A stretch of 57,162 bases of DNA, the filler included, from Squatina squatina (lineage: Eukaryota), in the NCBI GenBank assembly GCA_031763465.1. It is 4 parts of 3 records of this genome, joined end to end, with 100 filler letters (N's around TTAATTAATTAA, not from the genome) between each part and the next. Parts side by side here need not be neighbours in the genome. Positions count along the whole stretch, not along the records: positions 15,278 to 28,400 come from JARFOE010000016.1; 3 more parts are not named here. The stretch is one strand, 5' to 3'. The notes below the pieces were generated by a model. It saw nothing but the letters and a program-made list of their open reading frames with translations, did not search any database and was not told where the DNA came from. Positions 15,278 through 27,476 of the stretch are shown here, piece after piece; positions within the stretch are counted from its first letter, which is position 1; each line of letters begins with the position of its first letter. A program made the position numbers and the translations under genes.

Positions 15278-15883
15278 GGGAAACACCAGTGAAGGCAGAG
15301 CTTGTTAAAGATCAATCAATGTGGATTCAGAAAGGGAAAGTCACGATTAAGAAACTTGCTGGAGCTTTTATTAAATTTCATGGGGCACCAGCACCAATAT
15401 TGGGACAGGAAGGAACTGTATCATTGGGACAGGCTCCACCTGAACCGGCCTGGGACCAGAGTTCCAGCGGAAAGGATAAATATGGCGGTCACAAGGACTT
15501 TAAACTAGAAAATGGAGAGGGGGAGGGCTCAGGTGGAAATTGTAGTACAAATAGTAGTTCTAAAACAAACGAAAGGGAAGAGAGTAGAGTAATAGTCAGA
15601 AATTGTGCATGAGGCACTGCAGGTAAAGGGAAAATTAAAAGATGTAAAGTAATTATACTCGGAGTGAGAAATAAGAAACATGTGAGTAAAACATTAGAAC
15701 TGAAGGACAGGCTAGGGTGTGTGGCCCAAATAAGCGTTTTTTTACAAATGCACGGTGTATAAGGAATAAATTGAATGAATTGCAGGCCCAAATTCAAAAT
15801 GAAGGGTATGTCATGGTAGCCATTACTGAGATATGGCTGCTAGGTGGTCAGGACTGGGAACTAAATATACCAGGTTATAAAGT
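15278..15883 (+). mobile_element. CR1-type LINE fragment spanning the end of ORF1 (SGNH esterase-like) and the start of the ORF2 AP endonuclease
   Basis: FMGHQHQYWDRKELYHWDRLHLNRPGTRV (D.LHLN..G motif), followed by FTNARCIRNKLNELQAQI...VAITEIWL..GQDWELNIPGYK (NARS/ITETWL endonuclease motifs). Confidence 0.85.
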
Positions 15884-16066
15884 NNNNNNNNNNNNNNNNN
15901 NNNNNNNNNNNNNNNNNNNNNNNNNNNNNNNNNNNNNNNNNNNNNNNNNNNNNNNNNNNNNNNNNNNNNNNNNNNNNNNNNNNCATGAAAACAAGACACT
16001 GCTTAATAAATAGTAAAGGATCCAATGTTAGCATAAGAATAAAGATCAACTAAGTAAGTGCCGCAC

Positions 16067-16460
16067 CATTAGCCGCTGATCTCTGTATTGACTTCTATTT
16101 TCTTCAGCTCTTGAATAGGATGAATTGACTACAGGAATAACAGAATTCTCCTCCCTGTATCCATTTACTGCATGACTGAAATTTAATTTTCTTTTCACTG
16201 GGGTAAAATCCTGAATTTTTGTCTGTCTTGTCCCATCAGTACATTTATCCATTTTCGTATTATCCATGCAAGATTTATCCAAGAAATGCTGTTCGCTGCA
16301 ATGCTTCTTCAGCACATCTTCCCCTTGTTTTGCAATCTGGTCTGTTTCTGCGAGCAATGAATCACATGACTGAAACTTCAGGTTCACATGTGAATTTGAT
16401 CCTGTAGTTGTCGGCTGTACATCTGTGACTCTAGTGTTCATAATGTTGCTCGTGATCTGC
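16067..16460 (-). CDS. Probable internal coding exon of a poorly conserved protein region (TERB1/CCDC79 candidate by position only)
   Basis: About 130 open codons (..MNTRVTDVQP...KIQDFTPVKRKLNFSHAV...QRLM), T-tract plus AG/CAG acceptor near 16458-16462, GT at 16066-16065. No repeat signature. The exact acceptor is ambiguous. Confidence 0.5.
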
Positions 16461-18718
16461 TATTGGCATGATTTAATTAAAAAAAGTGAATTACAGTAAC
16501 ATAAAACCAGAAATCATTTTTTCAACTGTTTAATTAATATAGAACCGGCACCAGGGACAACACATCACTGCTGATCGGTCAAGTGTCGTGACAGCTCCAC
16601 CAGTGGTCTAGTAGATAATTGCAGTGCTTGCTGTGGTACTAAGNNNNNNNNNNNNNNNNNNNNNNNNNNNNNNNNNNNNNNNNNNNNNNNNNNNNNNNNN
16701 NNNNNNNNNNNNNNNNNNNNNNNNNNNNNNNNNNNNNNNNNNNTAAGCTATTCTTACTCTTTTCAGATGATAATGGGCCAGGCGTGTGTTTCTAGCATTT
16801 TCCTAATTTCATTTCAGATTTCCAGCACTCACGGGTTTTCTTTTGACTTCTACTGAGCTACTGAAGAGTTACTCCTGGTTGTTAAAATGCTGATCTCACT
16901 GCATTTCTGGTGGACAAATGCAGTTTATTCAGCAGGGCACATTTAGCTCAGCATAATCATGTGGAGCTTCTGTTTGTTCAGAAAGGCAAGGGTTACTCAC
17001 TGTGCTGTGTGGGTTGCTATTTATGCAGCACAGTAGGATTGCTTATTGCCTACTTGTGTCAAGTAGCTGTTTATTCGGCATTGTAAGAGTTACTCAATGT
17101 ATAATTGTACACTGTTCCAGATTATTCGTAGGGTGAGTTTTATTAACTGCACTGCAAGGAACTGATTTTTGTTCAGCAGAGTAAGGGCTAAGCAATGATA
17201 TGATATTTATGCTTTTTGATGGGTAAGGATTATTTTTTTTACACATTTGTGTAACAGAGGGTATTCCTGTTTATCCCTTAGGCAGAAGAGAATGTTAACA
17301 CAGTTTCAATACATAAACATGGCTTCCATACTGTTGTGTGACACCAACACCAGGATCACATAGACAGCCATCCTCTTCAGAATCAACGAAGCATCCTTCT
17401 GAGCAAGTGACAAGGCGACATCAGACAGAAGTTCTGCAGTGCACAAACTCTGCTGGCAGTACACTGGAAACACACAAAAGGAGAAGTGCCATGATTTATA
17501 CTTTGCAACATTTAAAGGAAAATGAACAATAATTCATTACATCTGCATGCACACCCAGCTGATTTCAAAAGGCTGCTGGGAGAAGCTTGAATGTTTTATA
17601 ACCATTCTNNNNNNNNNNTCCAGAACTTCAGCCAAATGATCATTCTTTACACGGGAGCCAGACGATTGTTTAGGTGTGCAGGGTATCACAGTCAAGCCCG
17701 ATCAAGACCTCGCCTAATATCCACACATGCACACTTTCCAGCAGGAAGCACTGGATGCTGGATCAGGAGTGGGAAGCTTGGCTGCAGTTTTCACCACATC
17801 CTCAGCAGCTCCGGGATGCTGAGACTGATTGCAGCATACTAACTACCGCCCTTCCTGAGACGAGCTAACACATCACAGATGAGAAATCAAGCCGCAAAGG
17901 TTTTGGTGTGCATGTTATGGTACAGCATCAGGCAATGCTTTTACTCACTAGGCCATCGGGGGCAAACTAAAAAGGATGAGGAACTAAAGGCTGACACGAA
18001 TGGAAATNNNNNNNNNNNNNNNNNNNNNNNNNNNNNNNNNNNNNNNNNNNNNNNNNNNNNNNNNNNNNNNNNNNNNNNNNNNNNNNNNNNNNNNNNNNNN
18101 NNNNNNNAAGGTGGAATAATTGACATTTCTCCTGTGCTCGGAACATAACAGGAGAAGCATCAAAACTCAATGAGTGGTCGTTGAGCATGAGGGAGAAATG
18201 GAAGAGAGGGCATTTGGAGAGGGTGAAACCGTGGATGAAAAGTGGAGAAGGAGGTGCCAGGGTGAAGATGCTGAGGGAGGGAGTTCTAGAGGTTGGGGTC
18301 AAGGAGCACTCTGGCCTGTGCATTCTCCTACATATAAAATGACATATTAGTCTTTAAACCGCGCATGGACAAAATAAAATGTCTTTATGTTTAAGGACTT
18401 ACTTATTGCCAACATCCTCCCCAGCCACAGCACTGCTATCCACTATGGTAAAAGATCCAATTCCTGGGGACCAGAAGAGTGGGAGTGAACATTTCAGATG
18501 GTCGGGTTTGTTATTAATCACATTCATTGTTTTTTTTCGCTCCAATCTTACCAGGGAGTACCAAGTTCTTCAGGATTTCAGTGCCGGTGGCACTGGCATT
18601 AATCAGACATACGTGAGCNNNNNNNNNNNNNNNNNNNNNNNNNNNNNNNNNNNNNNNNNNNNNNNNNNNNNNNNNNNNNNNNNNNNNNNNNNNNNNNNNN
18701 NNNNNNNNNNNNNNNNNN

Positions 18719-19010
18719 CCGTCTCAGGATAAGGGGTCGGTCATTTAAGACTGAGATGAGGAGAAATTTCTTCATTCAGAGGGTGGTGAATCTTTTTAAT
18801 TCTCTATTCCAGAGGGCTGTTGGGGTTTAGTCATTGAGTATATTCAAGTCTGAGATCGATAGATTTTTGGGCACTAGGGGAATCGAGGGATATGGGGATA
18901 GGGCAAGAAGTTGGAGTTGAGGTCGAAGATCAGCCATGATATTATTAAATGGCGGAGGAGGCTCGAGGGACCAAATAGCCGACTCCTGCTCCTAATCCTT
19001 GTGTTTATAT
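18719..19010 (+). mobile_element. CR1-type LINE 3' end
   Basis: AAGACTGAGATGAGGAGAAATTTCTTC..CAGAGGGTGGTGAAT (end of ORF2), then the 3' UTR hairpin; homologous to 56770-57045. Confidence 0.85.
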
Positions 19011-19117
19011 GTACAGTTGCTGTTAATCTGACATACTGAGTTGCGTTAACGTGACTGGATCTCTCTCCAGCCTGAGCTGGCCGATTTTTGAAACGGAATC
19101 TGTATTGATCTTGACAG

Positions 19118-19273
19118 GAAACAAAGGCCCAGTTTAAGGACTTTGACCCACAATGGCTCCTGCCCAAGTGCAGGGATTACTGGACATACCCAGGCTCCCT
19201 GACTACACCACCTCTCTACGAGAGCGTGACCTGGATTGTCTTCAGGGAGCCCATCAGAGTGTCTGAGAAGCAG
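19118..19273 (+). CDS. CA7: Cytosolic alpha-carbonic anhydrase (CA7-like), internal exon, 156 nt
   Basis: gacag/GTGAG-bounded; [52 protein letters not shown] has the [12 protein letters not shown] active-site motif. TKAQF and the RRAD/CES neighbourhood favour CA7. Not in the ORF track. Confidence 0.85.
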
Positions 19274-20334
19274 GTGAGTGGTCTCATGTAATTAGTGTTG
19301 CCAACCCTCCAGGATTATACTGGAGTCTGTAGGAATTAAAGTTCCACATGTACGCTGCCAACACCCTGCTCTACCACACCACCATCTCTCTTGACCCCTC
19401 TGCTGTCTCTGATTTGTGACACTGCCTGTTCAACACCCAGATAAGTAGAAATTTTCTCCCACTAAATATTGGGAAGACCAAAGCCATTGAGCTCATTGAA
19501 ACTCTGCTAACTATGATGTCCTAACTCACACCAAGCCCCTCCCTATCTCTGTAACCTCCTCCATCTCTACAAACCTCTAAGATCTCTGCGCTCCTCCAAT
19601 TCTGGCCTCACGCTGTGTTCAGCTGATTCTTTCAGTAACGCATGACCAGATGCTTCATCTGTCTGACTGTCTGGAGATAGTGGTCTGATAAAGGGATTTA
19701 GCAAAGGCCTCGATGTAGGTGATGCTCATCTGCTCCAGGGTGATCTAGCCTGCCGCTCTGTAGAATGTCCCATTGGCTGATTAGCATCCACCATAGTGAC
19801 CATTGTATGGCCTTGTTTAATGTACTTTTGCTCCATTCTGATTCCATCCCAGTTAATTGAGCCAGTTTGTTTGAAATTCACCTGCTTTACACTGCTTGGG
19901 ACCCTGATGGAGGGATGACCACATGAGTGCAGCTAATGGCAAGTCAGCAATGTAAAACCAACTTGTAAGTTATCCAATAGAAAACTGTCATCATGCTACA
20001 CTCGTAACTATAACCGAAGCATAAGCAGATGCAGCACATTCCCAGCTATATTTTCTGAAATAATTTCATGTATGTTGCCTAACATTTTTCTATAATTTCA
20101 CATCTCTATTTTGCTGCCATATCTTTGGTAACACATGCCTATTGTGATCCAATATTGACTCGTTCTTTGCCTGTGCAGTCACTGCGGTTTGATCTGATGC
20201 TCAGCGCTTTTCAGGAATAGAATCCAGGGAAAATAGCACCTTGTACACAACATAGAAACCAGCAGATGGTGAAGGATTGGGTTACAGTGGGATACGGAGC
20301 CCCCCATCAGCTGTGGGTATGTACGTGCCATAAA

Positions 20335-20434
20335 TATAAACAGGAAATGTTATAAATACACAGCGGGCCCATCAGAATCCCTGAAGAGAAAAGACAGATT
20401 AACATTACAGGTAGCAAATCTTTGTCGGAACTCT
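20335..20434 (-). mobile_element. Degenerate copy of the Penelope-type terminal repeat seen at 50760-50892
   Basis: Reverse complement reads AGAGTT CCGACAA AGATTTGCTACCT GTAAT GTT AATCTGTC..., collinear with the 50760 copy. Confidence 0.5.
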
Positions 20435-20701
20435 ATGTCTCACAGCCACTATGCAATTCAGGCAAATTATTAACTCCCAAACCAACTAAAAACTTTAAAT
20501 AAATCTTATCAACTTTCTGTATGATAGTTTTGCCTCTAACTGTAGTTGTCATGGTGTTTGTTATAGTAGCACTTTCACCTGACTCAGAAGGTTGTGAGTT
20601 CNNNNNNNNNNNNNNNNNNNNNNNNNNNNNNNNNNNNNNNNNNNNNNNNNNNNNNNNNNNNNNNNNNNNNNNNNNNNNNNNNNNNNNNNNNNNNNNNNNN
20701 N

Positions 20702-20826
20702 GGGTATGGAGAGAAAGCAGGTACGGGGTACTGAGTTGGAAGATCAGCCATGATCGTGTTGAATGGCGGTGCAGGCTCCAAGGGCCGAATGGTCTACTCC
20801 TGCACCTATTTTCTATGTTTCTATGT
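20702..20826 (+). mobile_element. CR1-type LINE 3' end
   Basis: 3' UTR hairpin and two TTTCTATG tail units. Confidence 0.8.
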
Positions 20827-21699
20827 CAAGGCTGACCTGTATTCTAACTCCATCCACCTGCCTTGGCTCCTTAGCCTTTGATACACTTGGCGAGCAAAAG
20901 CATTGACTGCTTTTTGTGGGAGAGAGTTCCACACTTCTACCAGCCTTTGCCTGAAAAAGTGTTTCCTAACTTCACTTTTGAATGGCCGGGCGTTGATTTT
21001 TTACGAATGAGCGATGAGTTTAGACAAGTATGAACGCAGTTCCTCATGAGGGTTGGGGCCCGTGTCTAGAAACAGCCTCTACTTTGGAACTGTTGGATTA
21101 TTGGACAGCTGGAGTGGGGGATGGGGAATGTCACATTAATGCAGCGTCGGAGGAATTTGGGGTTGTTCCATTATTGGGGCAGCATAGAGGGACATTGCTC
21201 GCGCCCTGCTGTGCTTTTTCTGTCCTGGGAGTGCTGGACAGTGATCGCTTGATGCTGACTACAATGTACAAAAACACTTTTCCATCTCTGAATGCTCTCC
21301 CCTTTTATCTTGAATGCCAAAATCCCTCATCACTTCGAGCAGCATGTGAGATGTATGGTGTTGTACCAGCCTCCCTCCCTCCAATAAAAGCCTCAATTGA
21401 GGTTTCCCATCCCGCCCTCACGTGCTCACATTTATAGTAACTCATTTCAGTCAGTAACCCACTAGTGCATCTATCCAACCCATCCCAGGTTGTCTTCATG
21501 CCTTACATTCTATTAATCCTGGAAACTGTTGGCTGATAGGAACTCGCCTCCGCTCTGTTTGAACCCTTCTCGTGGTGACTTGTTCTGCCACGCCCCCCCN
21601 NNNNNNNNNNNNNNNNNNNNNNNNNNNNNNNNNNNNNNNNNNNNNNNNNNNNNNNNNNNNNNNNNNNNNNNNNNNNNNNNNNNNNNNNNNNNNNNNNNN

Positions 21700-22524
21700 C
21701 ACACAGTATCTCATACACACACACACACAGTCTCATATATACACACACACAGCCTCTCATACACATACACAAGGTCTCTCAGACACACACATACAGTCTC
21801 TCATATATACACACACAGTCTCTCATATATGCACACACAATCTCTCATACATACACACACCATCTCTCATAAACACACAGTCTCTCATATACACATCACG
21901 CAGTGTCTCATATACACACACAGCCTCTCATATACACACTCAGTCTCTCATATGCACACACATACAGTCTCTCATGTACGCCCACATACAGTGTGTGTGG
22001 TTATTTGAGAGAATGTGTGTGTATGAAAGACTGTGAGTGTGTGTATATCAGAGACTATGTGTGTGTTTATGAGAGACTGCGTGTGTGTGTGTGTGTGTAT
22101 TTGAGAGACCGTATGTGTGTTTATGAGAGGCTGTGTATGTGTATATGAGAGACTCTGTGTGTGTGTCTGTGTATGAGAGACTGTGTGTGTGCATATGAGA
22201 GACTGTGTGTATATGAGGGACTGTATGTGCATATATGAGTGACACAGTCTCTTATATACACACAAAAATACAGTCTCTCATATACACACACATAGTGCCT
22301 GTGGATATATGGGAGAGTATGTGCATAAGACACTATGTGTGTGCGCATATGAGGGACTGTGTGTGTGTGTGTGTATATGAGAGACTGTTTGTGTGCATGT
22401 ATATGAGACTGTGTGTGTGTATGAGAGACAGTGTGTGTGTGAGAGAGAGACTGTGCCCGTGTGTGTATATGAGAGACTGTGTTTGTGTGTATATGAGAGA
22501 CTGTGTGTGTATATGAGAGACTGT
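21700..22524. repeat. Complex CA/TG minisatellite (about 20-26 bp unit CACAGTCTCTCATATACACA) with internal inversions
   Basis: CA-strand about 21700-21990, TG-strand about 21990-22240, CA-strand about 22241-22295, TG-strand about 22296-22524. Confidence 0.9.
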
Positions 22525-22624
22525 NNNNNNNNNNNNNNNNNNNNNNNNNNNNNNNNNNNNNNNNNNNNNNNNNNNNNNNNNNNNNNNNNNNNNNNNNNNN
22601 NNNNNNNNNNNNNNNNNNNNNNNN

Positions 22625-22949
22625 GTGCGAGGCAAGAGGAGATGGTAATGGGACAAGTAAAGAAATAAAAGATGAGCCTAGAAGAGGTGTAAATGGGGAT
22701 GGCAGAATCATCAACAACTGCCATATGAAGAAATAGTGACAGAGGTTATGGTCTGAAATTGTTGAACTCAGTGTTGAGCCCAAGAGGCTGTAAGCTGTCC
22801 AATCGAAAGGTAAGGCGCTGTTCCTCGAGCTTACGTTAAGATTCACAGTGCAGCAGGCCGAGGACAGAGAGGTCAGAGTGGGAGTGGAGCAGAGAATTAA
22901 AGTGACAGGCGACTGGAAGCTCAGGGTCACACTTGCGGAGTGAACGGAA
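22625..22949 (-). mobile_element. Penelope-like element 3' fragment (C-terminus of GIY-YIG endonuclease plus 3' region)
   Basis: Minus-strand translation FRSLRKCDPELPVACHFNSLLHSHSDLSVLGLLHCES*RKLEEQRLTFRLDSLQPLGLNTEFNNFRP* fits the PVA.HFN...HS...L.V...RK..E...L..L.P.GLN pattern of Penelope endonucleases; one internal stop. Confidence 0.8.
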
Positions 22950-23396
22950 GCTTTTAATTCAGGTTTCCAGTGTCCTGGCAGTGTTTTGATTTGTGTTGGG
23001 GCCTGCAGGAAGGCTGTGGCATCGAAGCGGGCACGGAGTATTTTACCTGCCCGCCCGTCAGCCTTGCTCCAGGCAGCAGAGATTAAAATTCCCTCCAGAG
23101 ACTCAGGGCGCAATAAAAATAATAAAAATTGCTAAATATAAAATAATTTATGATATGGAACGATGTTTAAAAAGAAGTAATGACCTTGGGAACACTGCCA
23201 ACAAATCACATGCCCGAGAGGTACAGTCACAATAGACGGCGTGTCTGTTAGCTGAAGCAATCAGCATCCTACCGAATGGAAGGAATGTCAGCCCTGGGCT
23301 TTGCCAAGAAACTGCACAATTATTCATTAATTGCTGACGCATTAAAGGTCAAAATGTGACACTGAATCGCTGCCTCAGCCCAAAAGATCTAAAAGC

Positions 23397-23545
23397 AGAT
23401 ATCTGCACACTGACTGCAGTCTCTGCAGCTCGTTCAGGGAGATATCTGCACACTGACTGCAGTCTCTGCAGCTCGTTCAGGGAGATATCTGCACACTGAC
23501 TGGTGTCTCCAGAGCTCGTTCAGGGAGATATCTGCACACTGACTG
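23397..23545. repeat. Minisatellite, 43 bp x about 3.5
   Basis: Unit AGATATCTGCACACTGACTGCAGTCTCTGCAGCTCGTTCAGGG starts at 23397, 23440, 23483 and 23526. Confidence 0.92.
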
Positions 23546-23732
23546 TCCTCTCCACAACTCCCTCAGGNNNNNNNNNNNNNNNNNNNNNNNNNNNNNNNNN
23601 NNNNNNNNNNNNNNNNNNNNNNNNNNNNNNNNNNNNNNNNNNNNNNNNNNNNNNNNNNNNNNNNNNNGACACGCACGTTTGATAACGGTTGCACAGCAGC
23701 CAAGGTGACCATTGTATCCTCTCAATCTCGCT

Positions 23733-24010
23733 TCAAAGGACAGACAGGTCATGGCAGGACTTGGATTTCTGCTTGAAGGCCATCTTCTTGTTGTTCCTGG
23801 CCACGAGGCGGCCGAGGAAGCGCTTGGCCTTCTGCCCGATGCTCTCCCGCCTCTTGGCGTTCGCCAGCCGTCTCTCGTTGTCCTCCTTGCTGTCTCTGCG
23901 TAGTCTGATCTGCCGGATGATGCCCTCAAAGAGGTCCCTCACATTGTGGTGAAGAGCAGCGGAGGTCTCGATGAACTTGCAGTCGAACACCACAGCACAC
24001 GCCCGGCCTT
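23733..24010 (-). CDS. RRAD: RGK-family GTPase Rad, last coding exon
   Basis: Acceptor gtgcag, then (E)GRACAVVFDCKFIETSAALHHNVRDLFEGIIRQIRLRRDSKEDNERR...RRESIGQKAKRFLGRLVARNNKKMAFKQKSKSCHDLSVL*. ETSAALHHNV and KAKRFLGR are RRAD-type. Confidence 0.93.
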
Positions 24011-24337
24011 CTGCACCAGAAAACAGAAACGCGGGGTCAGGGGAGCTGCCATTTGTTTTTTTTCGGTTTCAAAGCTGTGCTGTGTTGGGTGTAATATTCA
24101 AAGCTTGTATCCTAGTCAGCGCGTGGAGTGGGATTTGTAAGTAAGACGCACCACCTGGAAACGAGACGTTATCCATAATACCCTGCATCAGTCATGCCCC
24201 CTGTTGGCTGGAGGTATAGTTGACNNNNNNNNNNNNNNNNNNNNNNNNNNNNNNNNNNNNNNNNNNNNNNNNNNNNNNNNNNNNNNNNNNNNNNNNNNNN
24301 NNNNNNNNNNNNNNNNNNNNNNNNAGACTCAACTATT

Positions 24338-25010
<673 letters not shown>

Positions 25011-25081
25011 TGAGAATGTGTTGGCTAACATTTCTACAGATTAAAGTTGTAAGATTTCCCTGTGTGCCCATTCTTGTTGAA

Positions 25082-25152
25082 AGATCAGCCATGATCGTGT
25101 TGAATGGCGGTGCAGGCTTGAAGGGCTGAATGGCCTACTCCTGCACCTATTT
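25082..25152 (+). mobile_element. CR1-type LINE 3' end fragment
   Basis: Near-identical to 20740-20812. Confidence 0.75.
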
Positions 25153-25823
25153 NNNNNNNNNNNNNNNNNNNNNNNNNNNNNNNNNNNNNNNNNNNNNNNN
25201 NNNNNNNNNNNNNNNNNNNNNNNNNNNNNNNNNNNNNNNNNNNNNNNNNNNNCCTCATAATTTTGTACACCTCAATTAAATCTCCCCTCAGCCTCCTCTA
25301 TTCCAAAGAAAACAACCCCAGCCTATCCAATCTTTCCTCATAACTAAAATAATTTTGAGATCCAAGGGAAAGAATAAGTTGGAGTAGGATGGTGCGATGA
25401 GCCTTAATTTCGAAACCGTGAGGACGCAAGGAGGAGGACGTGTAGGACAGAGGGTTTGGAGATTAGGAGGAACAAGAGAAGAAAGTTCAGAAGAGACCTG
25501 ACTGTAGTGGTACTGACAAAACAGAAAAAAATGTAAATGGTTGTGATGGAGAGATTACAGGCGAGAGATTGAGAGAAGGATCATCCTCGGACGACAAGCT
25601 TTATCTACCATCCTGTCCCAGAATGCAATGGGGTACCAACAAACCTCTCCAGATATGGACATTAATGCCTCAGGTTGCTAGTATGTGGTCATACTGCCAC
25701 AATTACCCACTCGGTGCACTTCCAGTCTCCAAGGTCTAGAAAGGCCAAATGTTGGGAAGGGGTGCCCAGTGAGCATGAGCTTGTGTCAGTCAGTAATACT
25801 CCCACGTCTGGGTCAGAGGGCCA

Positions 25824-25967
25824 CAAGTTCAAGAGTACAAGGCCCAAGATCACAGTTAGAAGCTCCAAGGTCAGGAGTACAAGGCCCAAGGTCACAGGTA
25901 GAAGCTCCAAGGTCAAGAGTACAAGGCCCAAGGTCACAGGTAGAAGCTCCAAGGTCAGGAGTACAAG
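25824..25967. repeat. Minisatellite, 42 bp x about 3.4 (dimer of related 21-mers)
   Basis: Unit CAAGGTCAGGAGTACAAGGCC-CAAGGTCACAGGTAGAAGCTC. Confidence 0.92.
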
Positions 25968-26081
25968 CCCCACCCAGGACCTTATTATTATCTCTTCTGG
26001 ATTCTGTTTGACCTGCTCTGCATTTTCTTGTTGCAATGTTTTGTTTTTGTGGGACAGAAAGTGATTTAACTTTCTGATTAG

Positions 26082-26226
26082 TTTGGTGAGGAGAACGGAG
26101 CCCTGATTTTTGATGAATATTTTATGGACGTGCAAGACCCTGCCATTCTGAAAGAACGTTACCTCGACATGTTCGGTGATGTGTTTATAGCTATACCAAC
26201 TCTGAGAGCAGCCCAGTACTACAAAG
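26082..26226 (+). CDS. Carboxylesterase (CES family) downstream exon, 145 nt
   Basis: attag/GTGAG-bounded; FGEENGALIFDEYFMDVQDPAILKERYLDMFGDVFIAIPTLRAAQYYK fits the CES EY...DP...D.FGDV.F..P pattern. Confidence 0.82.
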
Positions 26227-27287
26227 GTGAGCATGAATTGCCACGGGTGTGTCGGCACGAGGAAACGTTCAGGCTACAGTTAACATCAATGCTGAGAATA
26301 CAAGGGCTTACATTCCAAGGAATTGAATTGACCCAATTAACACAAACAAAAATGACAGTTCTGACTCATTGCTATTCTGTAATGTCAATCTTAACAGTGC
26401 TCGGTGGCACCAGTTGTCTGTATTTTTTATACAAGGCTGCCCCACAGATATGCACACGATCGCATTATTTCTATCATTGTAACAATAAAATACAAGTTAA
26501 GATGATGTGTGGCAGATTTGATGACTTCTTTGTAATGTAAAATATTTAATACATAACCATGAAGATTTGAGAGCACAGCAACATAAACTTATTCTATTTG
26601 TTAATGTTTATTACAGATCCACAAATATAATTCTAGGAAAGAGTGTGAATGTACTATGTTCTGGCACAAGGGCCATCATTTTTGGCCAGTATGTAAAGAA
26701 TGTGTTGGTTTTTAAAGATCTAAGTCAAGGATGTCCAAATTATGGCTTGAGGTCTGGGTCCAGCCCACGAGCTTGGACATCTGGCCCAAATACATATAAT
26801 GCTGCTGCTCCACACTCTCTCCTTCCCTTCTGAGCAGGGCCTGAATCCAGTCTCCGCACCAGTCCAGACTCCTCGCCCCTCCACGCCTCTGCCAGTTCCT
26901 ACCTCCTGCTGCTGAACACTATTGCACTACGGGCAGGAATTCACTCCTATAGTGTGCCGTGATGTTCAGTTATTTGGAGCAGTAGCAGAAGGTGGGAAGC
27001 AGCAATGGTGCTGAGGAGGGGAGAAGTCTTGCCAAGGGCATAAGTTTGTCAGTATGAAATTGGAGCAAGAGAGAACAGTACCTGTGTAAAATTGAGGATG
27101 GGGAAGAAGAAAAGTGCCCATTTCAATTAAAGGGAGGAAAGGGAGAAGACTGCCAATTTGAACAGAGCAGGAGAAGAATGGCATCCTGAATTGAGAGGAA
27201 GAAGAAAAAAAAGTGTTACCTCGACCTAAACTGAGGGGGAGAGAGTGCCTGCTTGAACTGGAGGAGAGGAGGAAAAAAGTGCTGAAG

Positions 27288-27476
27288 CAGGGTTGTCCAG
27301 TGGGCCAGAGTCCGGCCTGCCAAAGACTGCTATCCGGCCCGCCACAGGTCCCTCGAATGCACTCCGCCAAACTGAAGAAGCTCCGCTTATGTCCCGGATC
27401 GCAGGTTTTGGTTTCCCTTTATTCTCTCCCGCCTCTGTGCTCAATCAGAGCTCGGGGAAAACTCACTTCCCCTCAC
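27288..27476 (+). mobile_element. Non-autonomous hAT-like element end
   Basis: Starts CAGGGTTGTCCA..GGGCCAGAGTCCGGCC; collinear with the reverse complement of 35665-35802. Confidence 0.6.

Noticed and set aside
21496-23113. His/Thr-rich and Cys/Val-rich ORFs, including the 330-aa ORF
   Set aside because: Translations of CA/TG minisatellite and N runs, plus an off-frame Penelope remnant.
25675-26258. ORFs with repeated peptides (RSSKVRSTRPKVTG, LVLLTLELLPVTLG)
   Set aside because: By-products of a 42-bp minisatellite whose length is divisible by three; no splice or homology support.
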